Below, one piece after another: positions 13,332 to 23,611 of a stretch of 64,000 nt of DNA. Origin of the DNA: Syntrophobacter sp. SbD2 (lineage in GTDB: Bacteria; Desulfobacterota; Binatia; UBA9968); NCBI GenBank assembly GCA_945889495.1, contig CAMDBU010000006.1:506-64505 (forward strand), in the 5' to 3' direction. The first letter of the stretch is position 1. Every line of letters starts with the position of its first letter. The notes under the pieces are model-generated. The model was not told where the DNA came from and searched no databases. It was given only the letters and a program-made list of their open reading frames with translations. The position numbers were made by a program, and so were the translations under genes.

Positions 13332-16130
13332 ATGGACACACCCAAATATCAAAAAAGTGACCCGGCGATCCTCTTGTTAAACGAGATCGACATCCTATTG
13401 GCGCAGACGCGCTTGATGGAGTTGTATCTCAAGCAAGCCCAGGCCACCGCGGCCAACGAAAACGCCCGCATCCACGAACAGTACGAAACCGAGCTGACGG
13501 CGCTGCGCGCCGAGCTCGCCGACAAGGAACGGCAGCTCCAGCAAGCGCCGGCCATCGACCGCAATCTCACCGCGGTCGTCGAGCAACTGCAACGCGAGCT
13601 CAGCGAAAAACAGCAGTGGGTCGCCGGCCAGCACGCGGTATGGCAACGCTCCAGCGGCGAGATCGCCGCGCTGCAACAACGCATCACCCAACTCGAAGGC
13701 GAAAACCAAACCGCGCTCAACGCCGCCCGCGAAGCCAATGGGATCAGGGAAAGTCTGGTCGCCGATGTCAGCGCGCTCAACCGTGAACTGGAGAAAAACC
13801 GGCGCGAATTCGACCACCAGCAACTAACCGCGCGGCAACTCGAAAGCAGCCTACGCGAGCAGCTCCAACTGTTGCAAACCCAGCTCGCCGACAAACAAGC
13901 CTACGCCCTCACGAGCGACGACGAACTCGGCAAAGCCCGTCAAGAAATCGCCGCCCTGCGCCAACATCTGGGCTCCCTGCAAGCGCTCCAGGACGAACTC
14001 CAGGCCAATGCGACGCAATCGCTGGAGCTCGCCCAGGGCCGCTTCGAGGGCGAACTGGTCAGCCTGCGCGCGGCCTTGACCGAGCGCGATCGCTCGGTGG
14101 CCGAGAGCCAAGCCGCGCTGGTCGAGATCGAGCGCGGCCTGCGCGGTGAGATCGACCAGCTGCGCAATGAACTTGATCAAAAGCAAAACGCCTTGCGGCT
14201 GCGCGACGACGATATGCGCAGCGCCGGCGGCCAAATCGCCGCGCTCCAACAACGGCTCGCCGAGCTCGAACTCGCCCAGCGCCAAGCCGCCGCCGCCAAT
14301 GCCGAGAGTGAAAGCCGGCGCCGCGAGCTCGCCGAAGAAGTCGCCAACCTCCAGCATGAAGTGGAGGTCAAGGAAAAAGAGCTGGTCAACCGCTACGAAG
14401 CGGTGACCGCCGTCGAGCTCGCCTTGCATGGCCGCATTCAAGCGTTGCAACAGGAACTGTCGCGCGCCCACGAAGCCTCAGCCGGCCAAGAAGAGGAACT
14501 CGATCAGCAGCGCGCCGCCAGTGCGAACTTACAGAGCCGCATCGCCGAACTGGAACGCAGCCAAGCCGACACCACCCTGCTCGATGCCACCCGGCGCGAA
14601 CTGGAAAGCGATCTCAACCGCCTACGCGCCGACCTGGCGCAAAAAGAATATTTGTTAAGCGGCCGCGAGCGCGCCAGCGTTGAGTTCGAAGCGCGCGCCA
14701 GCGCCGAACTCGCCACCCTGCGCCAACAGCTGGAAGCCGAACGTGGCGCCACCGCCGAAGTCCACCGCGAAGTCGATCAAGCGCGCGCCGAACTCGCCGC
14801 CAGCCGCGACCAGCTCGAAGCCCAGCTCAAACAAAAGGACGATGAGATTGTTAGCCTGCGCGCCAATGCCAGCGGTCAAAGCGCCCAGCTGGCCCAGCAG
14901 GTCAGCGACTTGCAGACGCAACTGGCCGAGCGCGCGAGCGCGGTGGCCAGTCTCGAAGCGCGTCTCGGCGGTGAATTGGCCGCCTGGCACCAACAGTTGG
15001 CCCAAGAACGCAGCAGCGCCAGCCGGGCCAATGACGCGCTAGCGAATTTACAGGCCGAACTCACCACCCTTGGCGAACGCCACGACAGCGAGCGCCAAGC
15101 AAAAGATCAAGCATTAGCCAGCGCCAGCGCGCACAACGAGCAACTGGCCCAGCGGGTGAGCGAACTACAACTGGATTTGGTCGAGAAGCAGCTCCTGGCC
15201 GAGAGTCGGGGCGGCGAACTCGATCAGCTGCGTACCAGCGTCAGCCAGTTCAACGAACAGCTGAGCGACAATGCCGTGCGCCAAGCGCAATTGGATGACG
15301 AGCTCAACCGCTTGACCAGCGCCCGTGACGACGACGCGCGCCAGCAGACCGCCCTCGCAGTGCAGCTCGACCAAGCACGCGTTGCCAACGCCGCCATCCG
15401 CGCTGAACTGCAAGAGACCAAGAACCGCGGCGCTGAACTGGAAGCGCTGCTGGAAAGCCAGCACAGCGCCATGGCGGTGATGGAGACCGAACGCGCCCGC
15501 TTGCGCCAAGATCTCGACGAGCTCGACACGCGCCACCAGCAAAACTTGGCCGATGGCAGACAGGCGTTGACCAGCCTACGCAGTAACTTGGAAGCTGAAC
15601 TGAGCACACTGCGCGCTGAACTGCAGCAAAAAGCCTGGACCCTGGCGCAGCACCAGGCGAGCGTCGAAAATCTCGCCCAGGTGCACCGCGAGCAGATTCG
15701 TAAACTGGAAGCGCGTCTGCACGATCAACAGCCCAACACCGAAGCGTCTTCGCAAGCCGTCGAGCAGGCGCTCAGCCGCGCCAATGATTTGCAGCGCCAG
15801 GTGGAAGAACTGCAAACCGCCTTACATCAAGCCCAAGCCGCCGGCGCAAACCAGGCGGAACAAATTCGCCAGGAATACGCCGCCCGTTTGGAAGCGGCTA
15901 ACAATCAGCTGGCGGTCAAATCCGCCGAGCTCGTTAACAGCGGCGCGGTGCGCGCCAATGTCGAAGAATCCCTGCGCGCCGAACTGAGCCGGCTGCGCCG
16001 CGAAACCCAATCCCGCGCCGAAGCGCTGCAAAGCCGGGAAGAAGAGCTCAACCGCGTGCGCGGCGAAATGACCGCGGTGCAGAACCGCATCGTCCAGTTG
16101 CAGTCGGTGACCGCGCGCAGCGAAATATAG
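13332..16130 (+). CDS. giant coiled-coil protein, 5' portion (932 aa ORF) of a gene interrupted by the integrative element at ~16125; stop at 16128-16130 lies in element DNA
   Basis: pure heptad-rich low-complexity sequence (ELxxLRxEL... repeats), no ATPase motifs; frame continues seamlessly into 28499..29370 if 16125..28498 is removed. Confidence 0.8.
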   Translation: MDTPKYQKSDPAILLLNEIDILLAQTRLMELYLKQAQATAANENARIHEQYETELTALRAELADKERQLQQAPAIDRNLTAVVEQLQRELSEKQQWVAGQHAVWQRSSGEIAALQQRITQLEGENQTALNAAREANGIRESLVADVSALNRELEKNRREFDHQQLTARQLESSLREQLQLLQTQLADKQAYALTSDDELGKARQEIAALRQHLGSLQALQDELQANATQSLELAQGRFEGELVSLRAALTERDRSVAESQAALVEIERGLRGEIDQLRNELDQKQNALRLRDDDMRSAGGQIAALQQRLAELELAQRQAAAANAESESRRRELAEEVANLQHEVEVKEKELVNRYEAVTAVELALHGRIQALQQELSRAHEASAGQEEELDQQRAASANLQSRIAELERSQADTTLLDATRRELESDLNRLRADLAQKEYLLSGRERASVEFEARASAELATLRQQLEAERGATAEVHREVDQARAELAASRDQLEAQLKQKDDEIVSLRANASGQSAQLAQQVSDLQTQLAERASAVASLEARLGGELAAWHQQLAQERSSASRANDALANLQAELTTLGERHDSERQAKDQALASASAHNEQLAQRVSELQLDLVEKQLLAESRGGELDQLRTSVSQFNEQLSDNAVRQAQLDDELNRLTSARDDDARQQTALAVQLDQARVANAAIRAELQETKNRGAELEALLESQHSAMAVMETERARLRQDLDELDTRHQQNLADGRQALTSLRSNLEAELSTLRAELQQKAWTLAQHQASVENLAQVHREQIRKLEARLHDQQPNTEASSQAVEQALSRANDLQRQVEELQTALHQAQAAGANQAEQIRQEYAARLEAANNQLAVKSAELVNSGAVRANVEESLRAELSRLRRETQSRAEALQSREEELNRVRGEMTAVQNRIVQLQSVTARSEI

Positions 16131-16246
16131 CGGTGGTGGTTTTTACCGTTGTTTTTATTGATGTTTTTTAAGTGTAGTATAGTTTGTAGTATAGTACCAA
16201 CGCCGAAATAATATAATAATATCAATTACTTAGAGCGTTTTTTGCC

Positions 16247-16340
16247 TACCGCAAACCACCACAAATCTATTAAACGCGATCACCGTCACTTTGCGTAACA
16301 GTCACACACGCTGAGCATGTGTCTTTGAAAACGACACTTC
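16247..16340. repeat. ~85-bp direct repeat, copy A (copy B at 16733..16815), flanking the H-NS-like gene
   Basis: shared CCGCAAACCACC...ACTTTGCGTAAC(A/G)GTCACACACGCT...GTGTC-loop-GACAC. Confidence 0.7.
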
Positions 16341-16662
16341 AGCTTAAAACAGCAAACGACTCACGCTTTGTGCCAGCTTTCTCAGCAGCCGATAACCAAC
16401 GTGGCGCCGTACCACGTCCTGTCCACGTGTTGCCCTTGCCATCATCGTACTTAACTGCAACTTTCTCTCGTTTTTTGCCAGTAGTCTTTTTCGCAGTAGC
16501 CGCCTTACCGCCCATAGCAGCACGTAATTCTGCCAAAGTAATGTCGTTGGCACTCATCTGCTTGACGATGGCTTTGATGACTTTGCCACGCTTGCGACCA
16601 ATACGTTTTGCTTCTGCTAACAGCTTGGCGATCTGTGCTGCGATTTCCGTTGGTGATCTCAT
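16339..16662 (-). CDS. H-NS family nucleoid-associated protein (xenogeneic silencer-like)
   Basis: 107 aa; C-terminal AVKYDDGKGNTWTGRGTAPRWL matches the H-NS DNA-binding motif (YxxxxGxTWTGxGRxPxW). Confidence 0.75.
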   Translation of the reverse strand: MRSPTEIAAQIAKLLAEAKRIGRKRGKVIKAIVKQMSANDITLAELRAAMGGKAATAKKTTGKKREKVAVKYDDGKGNTWTGRGTAPRWLSAAEKAGTKRESFAVLS

Positions 16663-16732
16663 TATTACTTTGTAGTTTGTTAATGAATGGACTGTAGATA
16701 TTATATCGAATTGAATACTTTGGAATTGATTT

Positions 16733-16815
16733 TCCGCAAACCACCGTTGCCACCGTTACTTTGCGTAACGGTCACACACGCTACGCAAGTGTCGTTTTGA
16801 CACGACGCTTGCTAC
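16733..16815. repeat. direct repeat copy B (see 16247..16340)
   Basis: seen directly. Confidence 0.7.
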
Positions 16816-16866
16816 AACCACACATACTTTGCAATCCTCAACCGTCCAGCAACAGGACGGTCAGCA

Positions 16867-17241
16867 CTAAACCGTAGCTATTGTCTGCTGTGCTTTAACA
16901 AGTGCTTGCTGTGCTTTACGCTGTTGCTGCCGCGCCCGCTCCGCCGTCACAGCTTGTCCCGCACGTTTCGCTAGGGTTTTCAGCGATGCTACACGTTGCT
17001 GGTCGGGTGTCAGCGGTTTGATTGGCTTGATTGATTTGGGTTGTGCTTCAGTAACGCTGGCCGCTTCGCGTTCACGCTCAGCAGCCGATTCAAGCGTTCT
17101 TGCTATTAAATCATGCAACCACTTATCGTGTCGTGCCTTAATTGTACTAGGATGATTAGGTTGGATTTCATGTATACGCATTGGGTATTTAGCGACACAA
17201 GATTTTTCATGCAAATCTTCAACTACTACAAAAAACTTCAA
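16867..17241 (-). CDS. hypothetical protein, paralog of 21009..21236 (shared AKYPMR[IL]HEIQP...TPDQ[QR]RVA[ST]L motif)
   Basis: 124 aa; ~100 nt near-identical DNA shared with 21100..21215. Confidence 0.5.
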   Translation of the reverse strand: MKFFVVVEDLHEKSCVAKYPMRIHEIQPNHPSTIKARHDKWLHDLIARTLESAAEREREAASVTEAQPKSIKPIKPLTPDQQRVASLKTLAKRAGQAVTAERARQQQRKAQQALVKAQQTIATV

Positions 17242-18050
17242 TCGCAGTTCTTGTAATTGCGAGCTTTACACTCACGTGCAAGTTTTTGTGCCGCAGCTAT
17301 CTGCTGTGTTGTCATCTTTGCTGCAACTATGTCTCTGTTTTTTTCAGCGTCTGCATTACTTTTTACCGCAGCCAAGTTCCACCACATGTGTGCACGTACA
17401 TAATCTTGCACAACACCTCGCCCGTTTCCATACATGATGCCTAAATTGTATTGTGCACGAGCAAGACCTTGTGCCGCTGCCAACTTGTACAACTTCACCG
17501 CCTCTGCATAATCTTGCACAACACCTTGCCCATTTTGATACATGAAGCCTAAATTGCTTTGTGCATCAGCAAGACCTTGTGCCGCTGCCAATCTATACAA
17601 CTTGACTGCTTCTGCGTAGCTTTGTACAACACCCTTCCCTACGTAATACATTACACCTAATTCATGCTGTGATAATGAGAGGCCTTGTATTGCAGACAAT
17701 TTTAATAAACGAACCGCCTCCGTATAATCCTGTACAACTCCTTTTCCATCAATTAGCATTTCAGCTAATTCAAACTGGGCAAGCATGTGACCTTGAGCTA
17801 TTGCCAAGTTAAACCACCGTATCGCTTCTGGGTAGTCCTGCTTTACGCCGAACCCATATTTGTACATCGCCCCAATCTGAGTTTGTGAATATGCATCGCC
17901 TCGTGCTGCTGCAATTTTAAATTTCTTAAGTGCCATCGCATAGTCTTCTTTTGCGAACGCAGCATCACCATCCTCAACTTCACCCGCCCAAACAACAGCA
18001 CTGACTACAATTGCCAGTGTGACAAAAATAGTTCGCAATATCGGCATCAC
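17238..18050 (-). CDS. Sel1-like repeat protein with N-terminal signal peptide
   Basis: 270 aa; repeated A..G.A.AQ..LG.MY..G.GV.QDY.EA..W motifs. Confidence 0.8.
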   Translation of the reverse strand: MMPILRTIFVTLAIVVSAVVWAGEVEDGDAAFAKEDYAMALKKFKIAAARGDAYSQTQIGAMYKYGFGVKQDYPEAIRWFNLAIAQGHMLAQFELAEMLIDGKGVVQDYTEAVRLLKLSAIQGLSLSQHELGVMYYVGKGVVQSYAEAVKLYRLAAAQGLADAQSNLGFMYQNGQGVVQDYAEAVKLYKLAAAQGLARAQYNLGIMYGNGRGVVQDYVRAHMWWNLAAVKSNADAEKNRDIVAAKMTTQQIAAAQKLARECKARNYKNCD

Positions 18051-18227
18051 TTATTTCCCTTGTAGTGACCACATCGTACATTACGCGCTTGTGCCACTAC
18101 CAAAGCACAAGCACTACAATGCGTTAGCTATTCTGATAGCGCTGCCGACTAAACTTTACATAGCTAGCGTAAATATAACCAAGATTGGAGCGAGGGCAGC
18201 ACAAGCAGTCGCTTGATATGAAATCAC

Positions 18228-18476
18228 CTAATTAACTTTTATAACCACATCGCAATTTCGGGCTTCGCTATTTGTGAGGTAAGAACAATTAATATTTCCA
18301 TTTATTACCTCGCCTTTTATTAGTGCACCATCTTGTTTTACCCAATCTTGCTCCTTCGTTCCGCATACTTTGTTTAATGCCTGGCGAATTGCTTTTGGGG
18401 AAACATTTTTATTTACTGTTATCAAAGCAGTTTGGAGCTGATTTCCCTGCTTCCATTGAGCGTTGACACCCACCAC
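18228..18476 (-). CDS. small hypothetical protein
   Basis: 82 aa ORF in AT-rich cargo; no recognisable motif. Confidence 0.3.
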   Translation of the reverse strand: MVGVNAQWKQGNQLQTALITVNKNVSPKAIRQALNKVCGTKEQDWVKQDGALIKGEVINGNINCSYLTNSEARNCDVVIKVN

Positions 18477-18605
18477 ATCTATACCGAGAAAATTATTTAT
18501 TTTATTTAATGCACCATTGTCAGTAAATTCAGATTATCTAGCTCGCGATCCCACCGCTTTGGATAGGCTTAAACTAAATAGCACTTTTTGAATAAGGTCA
18601 TGTTG

Positions 18606-20288
18606 CTACTGCTTTCGATATTTAGTGATCGAAAAAGCTGGTGCAATAGGACCCACTACGTGGGCAGTTTGGTAGACATAATCTTTATCTAAAAAATAGA
18701 CAGTGAATGCATCAGGACTCCCCACTTCGCCGTAGTCAACAAAAATGGTTCTAAACGTGTCATCAGAAATTTCGTCGAGGATTTTTTTATAAGATTCTGA
18801 AACAGCTTTCATTTTTTGGTAGTCAGCTGCTGAAATTACCTTTTGTTGCAACCATCCAGTGAGGCTATTCAAATCTTTATTTATATCTGTCGCTAATTCT
18901 TTTTTAGTGATTTTTCCTTTGTAATAAGCTAAACATTTTTTTTGCGCGGCAGTTTCATTTTTCACCCATTGACAATCTCCAAACTTCGTTTCGCTAATCG
19001 TCAATTTCTCAGCACTGCCTGACCGCCACACCCCAAGCCATCGATTATTAATGGATAGCGAATCCTGAGGCGCCGTCGCGGTTGCTGGCTGAGCAAGTAA
19101 ATATGACATGCCGGCTTCTTCAATAGCGCCATAAAAACTTTGCTGAAGGAATTTACCTAAACAATCTTGATCATTACAGTCAACCTTATAAACCCCTGAG
19201 TATGCTGTTTTATGGTCAAGTCGGCGTTTAGTTGCATTCTCTTCAGCGTATATATTAAGTCTTCTAATTGCCCATGCAATATTCTTAAAGTCTTCACGTG
19301 CACAGATTAATTGCAATCCTTTGTCACTGATATCACTGCAATTAGGCGGAAGAACATCCGCGTACGACGCGCTCTCTTTCATATGTTGCAAAATTAAATT
19401 GTAGTGTGATGTTTTGATATTCCAATTCTCTAAAGGTTTATTGTTATCATTCTTACTGGTTACACCTTCTCTGACCCCGTTTGATTCACCCTTAGTTTCT
19501 GGCTTTGCATCTGTGCGCTTAGCTTCTGTTGGTGGTGCCTGAACCACTTTATTGATATTCCTAACAAATGAAAGTGTGTCTTCATGACCATCGTTAGTTG
19601 TTAGTTTTAAAGTAAAGCTACCGTCCTTTGAGCTTATTTTTCTAAGTGCCCATACGACTGAAGTATTATTGTTTACGATGAGGCTCAGAATATCACTGCG
19701 GCTATCCCATTCCATTACTTTAACAGGAATCACTTTCCCATTAATTTCTATTGATTTATTGTCGCTTTTCAAGCTTATAACAACAGTGGCCTGATCAGTA
19801 TCACCCTTCCAGACACCGCTTAAATCATCTAAGGGATCACTTCCTTTAAAATCTATAAAGGAAACGATAGCAATTGTAGCGATTATCGATGCGATTCCAA
19901 TATACGCCAACTTATTTTCATCGGATTTTTCTTTTACGAATATCTTTTTGTAATAGTCTATGTTAACCCATCCACCAAAAACCAATGGCATAATAAAATA
20001 AGTTGATGCGTTTAAGTATTGCAATAATTTTATTTCTGGAAAGACTGATTCTAATAATGCTGTCAAAACACAACCGAGGGTTATTATCCCAAAGAGGAAC
20101 AGCCCCTTCTTCGACATTCCTAAGTGTACGTAATAAAAAACACCGAAAATAAATCCCCAAATATTGAATGCCGCCGTCACTCTTTCGCTTAAAGATAAGT
20201 TCTTAACTAAGGGGAGTTTCACACCACCGGCCTTGTCAATTAGATCAAATCTTTTTTTCCATTTACCACTAATTTCTTGCTCGGACAT
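18606..20288 (-). CDS. large membrane/extracytoplasmic protein with N-terminal DUF2628-like membrane module
   Basis: 560 aa; N-terminal NIWGFIFGVFYYVHLGMSKK resembles DUF2628; very AT-rich codon usage. Confidence 0.55.
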   Translation of the reverse strand: MSEQEISGKWKKRFDLIDKAGGVKLPLVKNLSLSERVTAAFNIWGFIFGVFYYVHLGMSKKGLFLFGIITLGCVLTALLESVFPEIKLLQYLNASTYFIMPLVFGGWVNIDYYKKIFVKEKSDENKLAYIGIASIIATIAIVSFIDFKGSDPLDDLSGVWKGDTDQATVVISLKSDNKSIEINGKVIPVKVMEWDSRSDILSLIVNNNTSVVWALRKISSKDGSFTLKLTTNDGHEDTLSFVRNINKVVQAPPTEAKRTDAKPETKGESNGVREGVTSKNDNNKPLENWNIKTSHYNLILQHMKESASYADVLPPNCSDISDKGLQLICAREDFKNIAWAIRRLNIYAEENATKRRLDHKTAYSGVYKVDCNDQDCLGKFLQQSFYGAIEEAGMSYLLAQPATATAPQDSLSINNRWLGVWRSGSAEKLTISETKFGDCQWVKNETAAQKKCLAYYKGKITKKELATDINKDLNSLTGWLQQKVISAADYQKMKAVSESYKKILDEISDDTFRTIFVDYGEVGSPDAFTVYFLDKDYVYQTAHVVGPIAPAFSITKYRKQ

Positions 20289-20372
20289 GGCGTTTCCTTT
20301 AATAAAAGTTTGTCTGAATGTCAGTCCTAATTTAACTCAAGATAGATACTGAGATCCCAGTTATAGCGCTGT

Positions 20373-20900
20373 CTAAATTAGCGAAGCAAATTCTATTGCA
20401 AGTAAGATAAAAATTATGAGCAAGGTGATCAATGCGCCCCAGATACTGGTTCCCCCGATTAGCGAAAAATGTAAGGGTGAGTTGGCCACCCTATGTTTGG
20501 TATCGATGTGATCTAGGTACTGCCCGTTAGCATATATTCCGCAGTATGCGACTACTCCTAGATAGAGTAGGTAGCCAACGATATCGCTTTTCGTAACGTA
20601 CACGGCAATTAAAAACGGGAAAATGGTTCCCCACCATAATACCTGTGCAGTTCGCATATACATTTTTCGGTAAGCGAACCAAAGAGATCCCAGTATCGCA
20701 GCCGGCCAATTCCAGGATCGAAAACTTACAAAAGATGCCCCAGCATTTGTATTGCAAAAGTTTTCAAATTGATAGCGGTAATAGTTAACGTTATTTTTTA
20801 TAAACCGCTCAAATTCCTCCGATGCAACAAACTCCGCAGTTATTCTGCGCTCACCTTCTACGCTTACTTTATTTGGTGTCTGTTGATCGCGGGAATTCAT
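20373..20900 (-). CDS. DUF2628 family membrane protein
   Basis: 175 aa; SWNWPAAILGSLWFAYRKMY hallmark. Confidence 0.65.
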   Translation of the reverse strand: MNSRDQQTPNKVSVEGERRITAEFVASEEFERFIKNNVNYYRYQFENFCNTNAGASFVSFRSWNWPAAILGSLWFAYRKMYMRTAQVLWWGTIFPFLIAVYVTKSDIVGYLLYLGVVAYCGIYANGQYLDHIDTKHRVANSPLHFSLIGGTSIWGALITLLIIFILLAIEFASLI

Positions 20901-21008
20901 TTTATTTAAGCCGCTTGCAAAACATTTTGTTGTCGGAAAAAGAAACGACTTATTTGTTTAGACTGTGAAAAACGCTATTTTTCTACTGCTGTTCAAACTG
21001 AAGAAAAT

Positions 21009-21236
21009 TTAAAATCCTCCGATGGTGCCAAACGGACTAAAGAGGCGTTTTGAGTCATTTTGGCTACAGTAATCGCAGTAATACTTTTTTGACTGCTTGA
21101 TCTCCACGTTTCGCATAGTTTGCAGCGTTGCTACACGCCGCTGATCTGGTGTTTTTGGTTTGATTGTTTTCGGTTGGATTTCATGTAGACGCATTGGGTA
21201 TTTAGCCAACTCTCCCATACCTAAGAGATGTGGCAC
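21009..21236 (-). CDS. hypothetical protein, paralog of 16867..17241
   Basis: 75 aa; LAKYPMRLHEIQPKTIKPKTPDQRRVATLQT. Confidence 0.45.
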   Translation of the reverse strand: MPHLLGMGELAKYPMRLHEIQPKTIKPKTPDQRRVATLQTMRNVEIKQSKKYYCDYCSQNDSKRLFSPFGTIGGF

Positions 21237-21257
21237 ATCACAGTCTTGTTGATACCG

Positions 21258-21779
21258 TCATTCACAAAACCTAAGCTGTTTATAACCATCGAAATATAAA
21301 TTAAGGGGTTTTCCGTCGATCTCAGCAGACCTCAGTTTATATCCTTTTGTTTCTAAGTTATATAGCCATTGGTAGGTAAGCTTCCCCTTTTTTTTCGTCA
21401 CTGTCGCTTCAATTATTACTAAAGTAGGGTTATTGGCATCCGTTACAAAACTTCGCCAGTTCACACTCCCTTCGAGAGCAACGCAGGCAGCGACAGAAAT
21501 CCCTGCTTCAGTTTTCTTCATCACTGCTATCTCCCCGCTCCTGGAAAAAAAGAAAAATATTGCGGCCAGAACGGCCACACTAGCTATTGGCATCGCCCAG
21601 TTTCGGTTTGAGGTCGCAATTGGTTGTTCGGGCATCCTTTCTTGTGATGCTACTTGTGCCGATAGACTAGGTGCATTTGCCGAAGATACAACCACATCAT
21701 CTTCTACTTTAGTTCCGCATGTGTCGCAGAACTTAACGCCTTGCAATAGTTGCTTCCCGCATCCTGTGCAATAAGCCAT
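21258..21779 (-). CDS. zinc-ribbon domain membrane protein
   Basis: 173 aa; N-terminal CTGCGK...CDTCG zinc ribbon, one TM segment. Confidence 0.55.
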   Translation of the reverse strand: MAYCTGCGKQLLQGVKFCDTCGTKVEDDVVVSSANAPSLSAQVASQERMPEQPIATSNRNWAMPIASVAVLAAIFFFFSRSGEIAVMKKTEAGISVAACVALEGSVNWRSFVTDANNPTLVIIEATVTKKKGKLTYQWLYNLETKGYKLRSAEIDGKPLNLYFDGYKQLRFCE

Positions 21780-21917
21780 ACGCTGCTCCCTATTTTCAGT
21801 TCATACCTTTGCCGCTACTAATCCCGATAACAGCCGTTTCAAAGTATTCCACCGTCCAGTACCAGTTTACGAATAAATCTGCGTGATACTGCAAGGGTCA
21901 GACACAGAACGCCGTTG

Positions 21918-22352
21918 CTAACGCTTGAACCCCCGACGCACCACCGCACTGACCGCCTCAATCTGTGCATCAATTTCACCACTCTCCACCGCTTTACGCA
22001 AAACTGCAAGCGTAGCATTCAATTCTGCCGCCGTCGTCTCTACCGCAGTTCGCCCTCGTGCCAATTCCACCACTTTGTTGCCGTATTTGACAGCAACACA
22101 CACCTTGCCACCGTCCACAGCCCAAAACCACGCTTTCACACGTTTGGGTTGCTGTACCACGCTGACATTGCCCGCCGCATCCTTTACACGTTTACTACGC
22201 ATAGCGGTGTAGACGGTACCCGCAGTTTTCGCCGCTGCCAGTGCTATTTGCTCATCCAGTTTTGCCAACAGCTTTTGACGACGCTGTATGACAGGGTTGT
22301 TTTCGCGTTGCGGTTTTGCGGCTACCAATTTCAGTGTGTTCAGTGTGCTCAT
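21918..22352 (-). CDS. hypothetical protein (element core)
   Basis: 144 aa ORF, no recognisable motif. Confidence 0.45.
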   Translation of the reverse strand: MSTLNTLKLVAAKPQRENNPVIQRRQKLLAKLDEQIALAAAKTAGTVYTAMRSKRVKDAAGNVSVVQQPKRVKAWFWAVDGGKVCVAVKYGNKVVELARGRTAVETTAAELNATLAVLRKAVESGEIDAQIEAVSAVVRRGFKR

Positions 22353-23611
22353 TTGTCGTTCTCCCTCTAGTTAAACTACTGAACACACGATAACGTCTGA
22401 TTTTTCAGAATACGAGTGAAGATTATTTTCACATATTGTTTGGTTTGTATAAATAACTATGACGCGAACAGAATGTTGTTTGTTGCCAGATTTGCCGTAG
22501 TTATACGTGCGATCACATTACTACCGAAAAAACGTGCAGCACCACACAGTCGCTTTGGTGCCCTAAAACTGGCCATTGATGTGCACAGGGACGGAAACGC
22601 TGCGCGGTAGCAGCGACTTGCAGTCACTATCCATAATGGACGCATTCGCATTTGTCAGCGAATTGGCGCAAGGAGAAACGAATTTGACACGAAGATGAAG
22701 CTGTGAGAACCCTACAGCTTGCGTCACAAGCAAGCACTGCCTACACGGCAACTTGCAAACTTGCAGTGGTCGTCACTTTGGCTGCTGCACTTAAGTTGCG
22801 TTTGATCAGCAGCACGTAAAAGGAGACCGCCAAACTGCCCTTTACCTCATACAGGTTGTGCCAAAGTGTTAGTGGTAAGAACTCAGCGAATGAGATTTCC
22901 ATATTGAGCCTGTTGCTTAAGGCTCAGTGTGAGTTGAATCTTGCGAATGGGTGTGTATTAAAAGCAATTCATGTATTCAATGCTTCAAATCATTTAATAG
23001 TTCGCGACTTTTTAAAACTACTAAAACTGGAAGTTAAAAAAAATCTGCAAGTCAGCAATACGTAATGAGCGTAGCGAATGAAGTAGTGCGACGCAGCAGA
23101 AACTGAGCGCGAAGCGTTCAGTTAAAAATAGACTGCCAAATAATGCTGCACGAGGCTATGGGTTGAGGTTTTTGTAACCATCTCTGTCAGCAAAACCTTC
23201 CAGCATTACAAAACCACCCTGTTGTGTCAATCATCAGCACCTGGCTGTTACATGGAACTGATACAGCACACGGCTACGCACTACACACCGACTACAGCGG
23301 TTAACGCTGAGACGCACGAAACAACGCCGCAAGCGTTTTGGTACAGCGTGGGCAAGCGTGGGTAGCTGAATGCTGCCTGACAACGCGATAACGCACGATA
23401 ACGTTGCTGAAGCGATTTACGCGACACACAGCACTGCACCCGCTATGTACAGCCCAATTCAGAATCAAATAGTTTCACTAAAGTATTTGGTCAGACGCGA
23501 ACTGCTTGAAATCATTGACCTCTTTTGCAGAGCCAGTTTCGGTCGTATTTTCGGAACAACGAATGCACAATAAATACACGACTATTATTTGATTAACGGG
23601 AGAAACGACAA

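Noticed and set aside
13349-16031. Many long ORFs on the minus strand and in alternative frames inside the coiled-coil gene (e.g. 13851..14471, 14655..15005, 15224..15607)
   Set aside because: They are artefacts of repetitive GC-rich coiled-coil coding sequence. They have no motifs and are fully nested in a strongly supported gene.
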